DNA of 64,000 nucleotides from Myxococcota bacterium (GTDB lineage Bacteria > Myxococcota_A > UBA9160 > JAFDDA01): contig OZ245817.1 in assembly GCA_965228475.1 (NCBI GenBank), positions 448,001 to 512,000 of the forward strand, written 5' to 3'. Below are positions 19,946-28,901 of this stretch, piece after piece. Numbering within the stretch: the stretch's first letter is position 1; each line of letters starts with the position of its first letter. A program made the position numbers and the translations under genes. Under the pieces are notes generated by a model. That model did no database searches. It worked only from the letters and a program-made list of their open reading frames with translations, and was not told the origin of the DNA.

Positions 19946-20005
19946 AGGGTCGACCGGGCAAAGACCGGCCCGGTCGAAGCGTCCGTCGCCGAAGCGTCCG
20001 TCTGG

Positions 20006-20254
20006 TTACGCGCTGCGCGCCGAGGACTGGTTCGCGCCTTCGGCCGGTCGGCGAACGGCCTGCGCGCGCGGGAAGTACTCCTCGCGCAGCTCCCACGGAA
20101 CACCGAGCGCCGCAAGCAATCGCCGTTTGGTCGATTGCCGACACGGCCTTCCCTTCTCGACCGCGTGCACGGTGCGCGGGGAGACGCCGGATTTGTCGGC
20201 CAGTTCGGTCTGGGTCCAGCCCACGGCCTGGCGTGCGGCTCGGATTCGGTTCAT
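20006..20254 (-). CDS. Small XRE-family HTH regulator
   Basis: NRIRAAR...TQTELADKSGVSPRTVHAVEKG...TKRRLL. Confidence 0.85.
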   Translation of the reverse strand: MNRIRAARQAVGWTQTELADKSGVSPRTVHAVEKGRPCRQSTKRRLLAALGVPWELREEYFPRAQAVRRPAEGANQSSARSA

Positions 20255-20387
20255 CGCTCGGAAACCTCGGTGAGCCGCCATTTTAGCTGCACCGGCTTCC
20301 GACTTGAAGCGCGCCGTGCGCCTCGGGCACACAGGATCGAGGAATCGGGGTGAAAACAGCCCGACCCGAGATTTTTCGCGGCTCCCT

Positions 20388-20846
20388 CTAGCGGAGGGTC
20401 ATCGGGTAGTAGGCGGCGTCCGGCATCACCGAGGCCACCGTCGTCGAGGCGCCGAGGTCGCCGACCATGACCGAGCCCCACTCCGGGGCCGTCGCGGAGA
20501 GGGCCAGGACCAGGACCGCCATGGCGAGGGCGCTGGCTGCGGGCAGGGCGCCGTAGCCCGCGGCGGCGGGGCGCGGAGCGGGTTCCCGCCAGAGCGCGAG
20601 GGTGGAGAGCCGGCCCCGGGCGGCGTCGGCCGCCGCGGCCTCGAGCGGGAAGAGGGCGCGGGGCATGCGGGCGAGCATCCGCTCGGCCCGTTCGAGCCTC
20701 TCGAGCCGGCGCGCGCAGCGCGGGCAGCGCTCCACGTGCGCCGCCAAGCGGCTCGCAAGGCCTTGATTCAGCTCGGGTTCCAGCAGATCCGGGACCCGGC
20801 CCGCAATGCGAACGTGTTCCCAGAGATCCAGAATGGCGAGGCTCAC
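20388..20846 (-). CDS. Zinc-finger (ZAS) anti-sigma factor with TM helix
   Basis: HVERCPRC (HxxxCxxC) and a TM segment. GTG start overlaps the sigma stop (GTGA). Confidence 0.85.
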   Translation of the reverse strand: MSLAILDLWEHVRIAGRVPDLLEPELNQGLASRLAAHVERCPRCARRLERLERAERMLARMPRALFPLEAAAADAARGRLSTLALWREPAPRPAAAGYGALPAASALAMAVLVLALSATAPEWGSVMVGDLGASTTVASVMPDAAYYPMTLR

Positions 20847-21466
20847 GACCGGTCCTCCTCGAGCTCTTCCAGCATCGGTCCCATGGCCTTGGCGAGCTCG
20901 GCGCGCCCGCGCCGGAGCCACGTCCCGACGGTGGCGATGGGGATGTCTTCGCGGCGGGCGATCTCCGCATTCGAGAGGCCGTGGACGATCCGCATCACCA
21001 GCACGCGCCGGTGCTGGGGCTTCACGGCCAGCAGGGCCTTGGCGACGCCTCCCAGGATCTCGCCCTCGAGCACCTGGTGTTCGGGGTTGGCGGGGTTCGC
21101 GGCAGCCGCCGGGTGCGGGGCCTCGGGCTCGGCCAGAGCGGCGTCGGCGTGGAGGCGGTCCCGGCGCCGGCGCGCCCGCAGGACGTTGACCGAGGTGTTC
21201 ACGGCGGCCCGGTAGAGATAGGTCCAGACCGAGGCATCCCCGCGGAAGCGGGCCTTGGGCAGGCGGAGGAAGACGCCCTGTACGACGTCCTCCGCGTCCG
21301 CCCGATTTCGGAGGATGCGGAAGGCGATGGCTTCGAGCCGGCGGCGGTAGCGCTCGTGGAGGGTGGCGAGCGAGGCCCCGCCGCCGAAGGTCCAGCCCTC
21401 GGGGGTGCTCTCGGCGTCCACGCGCCAGCTCGATTCGGCCGGAGGTCCCAACGTGCGGCTCCCCAT
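20843..21466 (-). CDS. ECF RNA polymerase sigma factor
   Basis: DAEDVVQGVF...WTYLYRAAVN (region 2) and GLSNAEIA...TVGTWLRRGR (region 4). Start 21466 or 21550. Confidence 0.92.
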   Translation of the reverse strand: MGSRTLGPPAESSWRVDAESTPEGWTFGGGASLATLHERYRRRLEAIAFRILRNRADAEDVVQGVFLRLPKARFRGDASVWTYLYRAAVNTSVNVLRARRRRDRLHADAALAEPEAPHPAAAANPANPEHQVLEGEILGGVAKALLAVKPQHRRVLVMRIVHGLSNAEIARREDIPIATVGTWLRRGRAELAKAMGPMLEELEEDRS

Positions 21467-21967
21467 CCTTTCCCCCTGACCCTTGAGACGCCGCCGACCC
21501 CTGCGGCGATTCAAAGGGGGGTCTTCCACCGATGGCCCGATGCGGGTCATATCATCCTATCTGCTGGAAATCGCGAGTCAAAATCGATCCATGGGGGTGG
21601 CGAATTTCCGGTCAGACCGGAACCCGGCCATTCCCTGAGCGGAAAATGACGCGTTCCCCGTCACCTCGTTGCAGGTCGGTTGCCGATTGCAGGCCTGTGG
21701 CTCGAGTGGTGAAGGGGCGCGTGGCCTGAATCAGGGAGTTCCTGTCAGGCCGGCGTGACTCGAAAGAGTGTCCCTCGCACGAATCAGGTTGATCGGATCT
21801 GGGTCGAGATGGAAGCGGCGCTGAACATGCGGATGATGGAACGGTCGCCGAGCAGAGCGGAAGCTGGATTCGTGCGAGGGGGCCCCGAGGCCCGCTGGGC
21901 CATGCCCGAGGCCACGGGGAAGCATGCGGGGACGGGCCCCGGCCCCCGCTTTGGTAGCTTTTGGGTC

Positions 21968-23050
21968 ATGGGGGATGACGTCAAACGAGCTTGGCTGAAC
22001 GAGCAGGCCCGGCAGATCTACGAAGCCGCGCCGCTCGGCGTCGCGCTCTGCGATGCCAAGCTCCACTGCCTCTTCGCGAACCACGCCCTCGGCGGCATCG
22101 TCGGCTACGCGCCCGAAGAACTCACGCGTCTCGGCCTGGTCGACCTCGCCCACCCCGAGGATGGGGAGCGGCTGCGGCGTGCCGCGGAGGGTCTCGAGCC
22201 GGCGCGCTCGCCGGCGCCCGTCGAGCACCGCTTCGTCCGCCGCGACGGCCGGGTCGTGTGGTGCCGGGTCAGTTTGTCCCAGGTCGAGGACGGTCCGCTG
22301 ATCGCCATGATCGAGGACGTGACCGAGCAGCAGCGCGCGGAGCAGAAGCTGCGCGAGAGCGAACGTCTCGTCGCGGTCGGAACCCTGGCCGCCGGGATCG
22401 CGCACGAGATCAACAACCCGGTCGGGTCGATCCTCGCGAGCGCCCAGTACGCACAGATGGTCCGCGACGATGCCGACGGCGCCGAGAAGGTCGACGAGTC
22501 GCTCGCGAACATCGTCGCCGAGGCGCGGCGCTGCGGACAGATCGTGAAGAGCGTGCTGAAGTTCGCGCGCGAAGAGACGACCGAGCGCTGGCCGAGCGAT
22601 CTGAACCGGGTGGTCGGTCAGACGCGCGACCACTCGATGGAGCTCGTCCGCCGCTACGGCGCGCGGCTCGAACTCGACCTGGCGGACCGCCTCCCGGAGG
22701 TGGTGATGAACCCGACCGAGATCGAGCAGCTCCTCGCGAACCTCGTCCGCAACGCGCTGCAGTCCGGCGGCTACGGGATCCACGTCCGCATCCGGACCGA
22801 GGACCGCGGGGGTCTCGTCGTGCTTTCGGTGCGCGACGATGGCCCGGGCATGCCGCCCGAGGTGCGCGAGCAGATCTTCGACCCCTTCTTCACCACCCGC
22901 GAGGCGAGCGGCGGCACGGGCCTCGGCCTTTCGATGGTGCACGGCATCGTCTCGGGGCACGGCGGAAAGGTCTCCGTGCACAGCGAGCCCGGCGAGGGCA
23001 CGGACGTCGTCGTGGAGCTGCCGACGTTTCGCGCGGCGGGGGCTCGATAG
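21968..23050 (+). CDS. PAS-domain sensor histidine kinase
   Basis: PAS/PAC (GYAPEEL, HPED, RRDG..VW); AHEINNP H-box; N, DDGPG, FDPFFTT and GTGLGL boxes. Start uncertain (could be upstream). Confidence 0.93.
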   Translation: MGDDVKRAWLNEQARQIYEAAPLGVALCDAKLHCLFANHALGGIVGYAPEELTRLGLVDLAHPEDGERLRRAAEGLEPARSPAPVEHRFVRRDGRVVWCRVSLSQVEDGPLIAMIEDVTEQQRAEQKLRESERLVAVGTLAAGIAHEINNPVGSILASAQYAQMVRDDADGAEKVDESLANIVAEARRCGQIVKSVLKFAREETTERWPSDLNRVVGQTRDHSMELVRRYGARLELDLADRLPEVVMNPTEIEQLLANLVRNALQSGGYGIHVRIRTEDRGGLVVLSVRDDGPGMPPEVREQIFDPFFTTREASGGTGLGLSMVHGIVSGHGGKVSVHSEPGEGTDVVVELPTFRAAGAR

Positions 23051-23052
23051 CC

Positions 23053-24147
23053 ATGGCGCGGGTGCTGCTCGTCGAAGACGAAGACCGCTATCGCGACATC
23101 GTGGCCCGCTACCTCTCGCTGGCCGGGCACGACGTGCTCGACACGGCGAGCGGCGAAGAGGCCGTGGCCCTCGGGCTCGCCCATCGGCCCGACGTGCTCG
23201 TGGCCGACTGGATGCTGCGCCACTCGGTGCACGGCCTGCACGTGGCCGAAGCCCTGCGCGCGGCCGACCCGGCCCTGCACACGGTGCTCGTCACGGGCTT
23301 CCCGGACAGCGACCTCACCATGGATCGGACGCGGGTCGGCATCGTCGACCTGCTCGAGAAGCCCTTCGACATGGAAGACCTCGGGAACGCCGTGGCGCGC
23401 GCCGTCGAGGCGCCCGAGGGCAAGGAAGAGGAGGGCGTCGCGGTGTTCGTGCTCGACGGACAGGGCGCCATCAAGGCGGCGAACCGCGCCGGCGGGCGGC
23501 TGCGCGCCGCAGCGGGGCAGGACGACGCGGGCCTCGACGCCGTGCTCTCCATGGATTCGCACGTGCGCCTCGGCCAGGCGGACGGGCGCTGGGTGCTGCT
23601 CGAGACCGCGGTGCGTCAGCCGCTCTGGGCCCGCACCCGGGAGCTGCCCGACGGTGGGCGGCTGCTCGTGCTCTGCCCTTCCGCGCAGGAGTGGCGCCGC
23701 GACGACCCGCGCGTCCGGGTCCTGCTCGGCCTGCCCCTCGGCCGCGCGAAGAAGGGCGGCTTCCGCGAGCCGCTGCTCCTCATCGACGACTCGGAGACGG
23801 TCTGCGACTCCTTCGTCGCGCAGCTCGCGAGCCGCGGCTGCGCGGCCCACGCCGCCTCCGACCACGCCCAGGGCATCGCCACGCTGCGGGCGGAGCCCGA
23901 GATCCGCGTCGTGGTTCTCGACTACGCCATGCCCGGCGAAGACCTGCGGGCGACCGTCGCACAGCTGCGTGAGGTCCGGCCCGGCGTTCGCTTGATCGGG
24001 ACGAGCGGTGAAGACCGCAGCCCGGAGTTTTCGGAGTTGGGGATCGAAGAGTTCTTGCAGAAGCCGTGGACGGTGTCCGGCGATCTGTTGTCTCTGCTGG
24101 GAAGCGGAGTGCAACCGATTCCGGAGTCCATTCGTAGGGAGAGCTGA
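23053..24147 (+). CDS. Response regulator with two receiver domains flanking a PAS-like region
   Basis: VLLVEDE...DWML...KPF, then FVLDGQG...ANRA, then LLIDDS...LDYAMPG...KPW. Confidence 0.85.
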   Translation: MARVLLVEDEDRYRDIVARYLSLAGHDVLDTASGEEAVALGLAHRPDVLVADWMLRHSVHGLHVAEALRAADPALHTVLVTGFPDSDLTMDRTRVGIVDLLEKPFDMEDLGNAVARAVEAPEGKEEEGVAVFVLDGQGAIKAANRAGGRLRAAAGQDDAGLDAVLSMDSHVRLGQADGRWVLLETAVRQPLWARTRELPDGGRLLVLCPSAQEWRRDDPRVRVLLGLPLGRAKKGGFREPLLLIDDSETVCDSFVAQLASRGCAAHAASDHAQGIATLRAEPEIRVVVLDYAMPGEDLRATVAQLREVRPGVRLIGTSGEDRSPEFSELGIEEFLQKPWTVSGDLLSLLGSGVQPIPESIRRES

Positions 24148-24157
24148 GGTGGAAGAA

Positions 24158-24811
24158 ATGCCGCGATTGTTGTTGGTGGATGATGAAGAGGTCTTTGCGC
24201 AGTCGACGAGTCGGATGCTCGACAAGCGGGGGTACGAGGTCGAGACCGCGGGCGATGCGGCCCAGGCCAACGAGCTGCTCCGCAAGAAGCGCTACGACTG
24301 CGTGATCTCGGACGTGCGCATGCCCGGAAACTCGCGCTTCGAGTTCATCGAAGACCTGGCCGAGGCGAAGGACTCGCCGCCGGTGGTGGTCATCACGGCC
24401 TATCCCTCGGTGGATACGGCGGTGAAGTCCCTCGACCTGCGCATCTCGTCCTACCTGGTGAAGCCGGTCGAGATCGACGACCTGCTCTCGCGGGTCGAGA
24501 ACGCAATCCGCGAGGTCCGGACGCGGCGTGCGGCCAATCAGATGATGAAGCGCAACGCCGAGGCCGCGGAGGCCGCGCCCGAGGCGCTGGTGCCGCCCGC
24601 GCGCAACGACGGGCCGGACCCGGACAAGCTCGCTTCGCTTTCGCCGCGGGAGACGGAGGTGCTGCGTCACCTGCTGGAGGGCTATCGCGTGAACACGATC
24701 GCGCGCAAGCTCTTCATCTCGCAGCACACGGTCCGCAACCACCTGAAGAAGATCTTCGCGAAGCTCGAAGTCCGCTCGCAGACCGAGCTGATGGAGAAGC
24801 TCAAGCCGTAG
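24158..24811 (+). CDS. NarL/LuxR-family response regulator
   Basis: LLVDDE, DVRMP and KP receiver motifs; LSPRETEVL...IARKLFISQHTVRNHL HTH. Confidence 0.93.
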   Translation: MPRLLLVDDEEVFAQSTSRMLDKRGYEVETAGDAAQANELLRKKRYDCVISDVRMPGNSRFEFIEDLAEAKDSPPVVVITAYPSVDTAVKSLDLRISSYLVKPVEIDDLLSRVENAIREVRTRRAANQMMKRNAEAAEAAPEALVPPARNDGPDPDKLASLSPRETEVLRHLLEGYRVNTIARKLFISQHTVRNHLKKIFAKLEVRSQTELMEKLKP

Positions 24812-24890
24812 CGGCCGGGCGCCCTGCGCCGGGAAGGCTTCGCGTGGGCGGCCGGGTGCCGCCCGCGCGCAGGCCTGTCACAATGCCGCG

Positions 24891-25307
24891 ATGACGACGG
24901 AACGGGTCTCCCGGCTGAACGAGTTCGCGAGCGATCGGCACCCCGGCATGGTGGGCGTCGAGATCCTGACCTGCGAGGCGCAGGAGGTGACCGGGCGCCT
25001 CGACGTGCGGGCGGAGCTCGTCGCCGGGACGGGCTTCCTCTGGGCCCCCGTCGTGGTCACCCTCGCCGATTGGCTGTGCGCCGCCGGGACGCCGCTCAAC
25101 GCGCCCGAAGGCTCGAGCTTCACCACCATCGAGTTCAAGAGCAACTTCCTCGGCACCGTCCGGGAGGGCGGCGCCATCTTCGGCCGCGCGCGCCCGGTCC
25201 ACACCGGCCGCACCACCCAGGTCTGGGACGTCGAGGTCTCCGACGAGAAGACCTTGCGCACGATCGCGCTCTTCCGGGCGACCCAGATGATCCTCCCCGG
25301 GCGCTGA
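24891..25307 (+). CDS. PaaI-family thioesterase (hotdog fold)
   Basis: FTTIEFKSNFLG...PVHTGRTTQVWD...TQM. Confidence 0.9.
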   Translation: MTTERVSRLNEFASDRHPGMVGVEILTCEAQEVTGRLDVRAELVAGTGFLWAPVVVTLADWLCAAGTPLNAPEGSSFTTIEFKSNFLGTVREGGAIFGRARPVHTGRTTQVWDVEVSDEKTLRTIALFRATQMILPGR

Positions 25308-25399
25308 CCCGGCCCCAAGGACTTCCCCGGCCCGGCCTCCGCCCGGTGTATGCTGGTGGTTGCACATCCCCGTGACCGCTGCTTCAGCTGGAGGCTCCC

Positions 25400-27832
25400 A
25401 TGCGATCCTGGCGCGCGACCCGCACGCACACCCTTCTCGTCCTCGTCTGCGCCGTCGGCCTCGGGGGTGTGAAGGCCGAGTGTCCCCCCGGCCCCTACTA
25501 CGCCGCCAAGATCCAGCGCACGACCTACGGCATCCCGCACATCTACGCCGAAGACTGGGCCGGGCTCGGCTACGGCTACGGGTACGCCTTCGCCCAGGAC
25601 AACCTCTGCGTGCTGGCGCGCGAGATCGTCGACGCGACGGCCGAGGCGTCGCGCTGGTTCGGCCCCGGCGGCGGCCGCCTGAACCGCGACCTCTTCTACG
25701 CCTACTGGTCGCGCGACGAGGTGGTCGAGGGTTTCTTCGAGGCGATCGACGAGGACCTGCAGGAGCTCGCCCGGGGCTATGCCGCCGGATACAACCGCCA
25801 CCTGCGCGAGACGGGCGTCGACAACCTGCCCGAAGCGTGCCGCGGCGAAGGTTGGGTACGCGAGATCGACGAGATCGATCTGTTCAAGGTCTACTACAAG
25901 CTGATCGACCGGGCGGGGGCCTCGAACCTCGCGAGCCAGATCGTCGCGGCCGAGCCGCCGCCGGGGTTCGCTGCGGCGACGCCGGGCGAGCCCGGCATGG
26001 AGCCCGAAGCCGTCGCGGAGCGCCTCGCCGCGGACCGTAAGCGCCTCGCCGACGTCACGACGGAGCAGTTCCTCGCGAAGACCGAGCGCTGGCCCGAACT
26101 CCGCCCCGAAGACTTCGGCAGCAACATGGTCGCGGCTGGCCGCGATGCAACGACCACCGGCACCGGCATGCTGCTCGTGAACCCGCACTTCCCGTGGAAC
26201 GGTGCGCTGCGCTTCTACCAGGTGCACGTGACGATTCCCGGCGAGATCGATTCCATGGGAGCGTCGCTGTTCGGTTCGCCGCTCCCGAACATCGCCTTCA
26301 ACGAGAACGTCGCCTGGAGCCACACGGTGTCGACGGCCGACCGCTTCATCCTGCGCCAGGTCACGCCGGCGCCGGGCGACCCGCTCTCGTACCTCATCGA
26401 CGGCGTGCCGGAGCCGATCGAATCGCACACGGTTTCGGTCCAGGTGCTGCAAGGGGATGGCAGCCTCGCCACCGAGACCCACACCTTCTACGAAACCCGC
26501 TTCGGCCCGATCATGGCGCTCCCGCCGTTCCTCACCTGGAACACCGCGGTCGCCGTGGCCGTCGAGGACCCCTCGCGGGGGAACTTCCGGATCTTCGACC
26601 AGTACCTGCGCATGAACCAGGCGAAGAACCTGGACGAGTTCATCGTGGCCGTGGAAGAGGAGGTGGCGCTGCCCTGGGTGAACACCGTCGCGACCGACCG
26701 CAGCGGCGAGGTCTACTACGGCGACGTCGGCACCGTGCCGCACGTGACGGCCCAGCAGCTCGAAGATTGCGCCACGCCGCTCTCGGTCTTCCTCGAAGGC
26801 TTCGGCGCCAAGCTGATCGACGGCTCGACCTCGGCGTGCCTCTCCGGGACCGACCCGGACTCGCCCCAGCCGGGCATCTTCGGCGCCTCGAACCTGCCGA
26901 CGCTCCGGCGCACCGACTACGTCCAGAACTCGAACGACAGCTACTGGATCACGCACCCGGACGAACTGCTCGAGGGCTTCTCGCCGCTCATCGGGCGCGA
27001 GCGCTACCAGCAATCGCTGCGGACGCGCCTCGGCCTCGTGCAGATCGCCGAACGCCTGGCCGGCACCGACGGGCTCCCCGGCAACCGCTTCGACCTCGCG
27101 GCCATCCAGAACCTGATCACCGCGAATCGAAACCACTCCGCGGAGCTCGTGCTCGACGCGGTGCTCACGCTGTGCGCCGAGGAGTCGAACCTCGTCGACG
27201 TCGACGGGGAGGCCGTGGACATCGGGCCGGCCTGCACGGTGCTCGCCGGGTGGTCGCGGACGATGGACACCGACGCCGTCGGCGCGCTCCTCTGGCGCCG
27301 CGCCTGGTCGGGGATCAACGGGGTGGAGGGGCTCTTTGTCGTTCCCTTCGATGCGAACGACGCCACCAACACGCCGCGCGACGTCGCCCTCGGAGATCCG
27401 GCGGTTCGCGCGGGCGTGCTCGGCGCGCTGGCCGCGACCGTGGCCGGCCTCGCGAGCGACGGCCTGCCGATCGACGCGCCCTGGGGCGAGACCCATTTCA
27501 TCACGCGCAACGGGACGGACATCCCGATTCCGGGCGGCCCGGGCGGCCACGGCGTCTACAACGCCATCGGCGGCCCCTACCGGCCGGCCGACGGCGGCTA
27601 CACGCCGATCACAGGCGGCAGCAGCATCGTGATGGCGATCCTCTTCCCGAAGAAGGGCCTCGTCGAGGCGCGAGGCCTGTTGACCTACTCGCAGTCGACG
27701 GACCCGGACAGCCCGCACTACGCCGACCAGACGATGCTCTTCTCCGAGGAAGGCTGGAACGAGCTGCCCTTCTACCCGCACCAGATCCGCGCCGCGCGGA
27801 TCTCCAAGGTGGAGATCGCGGAGCCGCGTTGA
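25400..27832 (+). CDS. Penicillin/AHL acylase family Ntn hydrolase (S45, PvdQ-like)
   Basis: IQRTTYGIPHI, GYAFAQDN, GSN (Ser nucleophile), NPHFPW, NSNDSYW and YSQS..SPHYADQT motifs. Confidence 0.92.
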   Translation: MRSWRATRTHTLLVLVCAVGLGGVKAECPPGPYYAAKIQRTTYGIPHIYAEDWAGLGYGYGYAFAQDNLCVLAREIVDATAEASRWFGPGGGRLNRDLFYAYWSRDEVVEGFFEAIDEDLQELARGYAAGYNRHLRETGVDNLPEACRGEGWVREIDEIDLFKVYYKLIDRAGASNLASQIVAAEPPPGFAAATPGEPGMEPEAVAERLAADRKRLADVTTEQFLAKTERWPELRPEDFGSNMVAAGRDATTTGTGMLLVNPHFPWNGALRFYQVHVTIPGEIDSMGASLFGSPLPNIAFNENVAWSHTVSTADRFILRQVTPAPGDPLSYLIDGVPEPIESHTVSVQVLQGDGSLATETHTFYETRFGPIMALPPFLTWNTAVAVAVEDPSRGNFRIFDQYLRMNQAKNLDEFIVAVEEEVALPWVNTVATDRSGEVYYGDVGTVPHVTAQQLEDCATPLSVFLEGFGAKLIDGSTSACLSGTDPDSPQPGIFGASNLPTLRRTDYVQNSNDSYWITHPDELLEGFSPLIGRERYQQSLRTRLGLVQIAERLAGTDGLPGNRFDLAAIQNLITANRNHSAELVLDAVLTLCAEESNLVDVDGEAVDIGPACTVLAGWSRTMDTDAVGALLWRRAWSGINGVEGLFVVPFDANDATNTPRDVALGDPAVRAGVLGALAATVAGLASDGLPIDAPWGETHFITRNGTDIPIPGGPGGHGVYNAIGGPYRPADGGYTPITGGSSIVMAILFPKKGLVEARGLLTYSQSTDPDSPHYADQTMLFSEEGWNELPFYPHQIRAARISKVEIAEPR

Positions 27833-27855
27833 CGGGCTCGCAAGAAGGGGAAAGG

Positions 27856-27933
27856 TGGGGTGAGCGAGGGGAATCGAACCCCCGACCTCCGGAACCACAA
27901 CCCGGCGCTCTAACCAACTGAGCTACGCCCACC
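27856..27933 (-). tRNA. tRNA-His (GTG) with encoded G-1 and CCA
   Basis: GGTGGGCGTAGCTCAGTTGG...CCGGG-TT-GTG-GT-TCCGG...GGTTCGATTCC...CGCTCACC-CCA; 8-bp acceptor stem. Confidence 0.97.
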
Positions 27934-28027
27934 GCGTGAGGGCGCGAACCTAGTTGCGCGCTCCGGGGAAGTCAATCGGGCCGGGGCGAACCCATCAAGT
28001 ATTTGGAAATATTGGGCTTTTTCTCGG

Positions 28028-28056
28028 TTGAAATTTTAGTTACTCCCGTTTACTTT
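28028..28056 (+). promoter_or_regulatory. Sigma70 promoter for the TetR gene (probably leaderless) with overlapping imperfect inverted repeat
   Basis: TTGAAA-17 nt-TACTTT, 7 nt before GTG 28064. AGTTAC..GTTTACT imperfect inverted repeat overlaps the spacer and -10. Confidence 0.65.
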
Positions 28057-28063
28057 TCTGGCC

Positions 28064-28840
28064 GTGAGCTACCGGATCCAGGATCAGCAGGGGCACAGCC
28101 CGCGCGTCGCCCGCAAGCGCCAGGAGCGCATGCGGGGCCTCGTGGCACGCGCGCTCTCGATCGTGCGGGAGGAGGGCGTCGAGGCGCTGACCCTCTCCCG
28201 GCTCGCCGCCTCGTTCGAGGTGACCGCCGCGTCCCTCTACCGCTACTTCCCTTCGAAGGACGCCCTCGTCGCGGAGCTCCAGCGTTCGGTCATCGCCTGG
28301 CTCGCGGAGGCGACCCGGGAAAGTGTCGGCCGGGCCCGCGAGGCGGCTGATTCCGCCGGGCTTGCCGGGGATGCCTCGCTGCTCGACGTCGTCATCACGG
28401 CCTTTTCCTTCGAGGCCTTCGCGCGCCGCTCGCCGGTCGAGTTCGGCCTGGTCTCGATGCACCTCTCGACGCCGGAGTTCGCGCTCTCCGATCGCGAAGC
28501 CGCCCGGGTCTTCGAGACGGCGTGGCAGAGCCTCTCGGAGCTGGCCGAACCCCTCGCGCGCGCGGAGGCGGGCGGAGCCCTCGCGCCGGGGAACGCGGAA
28601 GAACGAGCCGTCACGCTCTGGGCGAGCCTCCAGGGCGTCGTCCAGACCCGCAAGCTCGTCCGCAGCGCCAAGGAGCGCGTCGAGCCGACGGCCCTCGTGC
28701 GAAGCCTCGTGCCCGCGCTGCTCATCGGCTGGGGCGCGCGCCCGGAGGAGGTCGGCCGGCTCGTCGACTTCGTCACCACCCACGAACTCGCGGAGCCCAC
28801 CGGCTCCGTCGACGACCTGCTCGCGGCCGACGCCGCCTAG
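28064..28840 (+). CDS. TetR/AcrR-family regulator
   Basis: EEGVEALTLSRLA...AASLYRYFPSKDAL HTH. Confidence 0.92.
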   Translation: MSYRIQDQQGHSPRVARKRQERMRGLVARALSIVREEGVEALTLSRLAASFEVTAASLYRYFPSKDALVAELQRSVIAWLAEATRESVGRAREAADSAGLAGDASLLDVVITAFSFEAFARRSPVEFGLVSMHLSTPEFALSDREAARVFETAWQSLSELAEPLARAEAGGALAPGNAEERAVTLWASLQGVVQTRKLVRSAKERVEPTALVRSLVPALLIGWGARPEEVGRLVDFVTTHELAEPTGSVDDLLAADAA

Positions 28841-28901
28841 CACCACCCCCTCATCCTGCGCACCGGCCTCGGCGCGCGCGGACACCTGCAAGGAGAACCC
28901 C

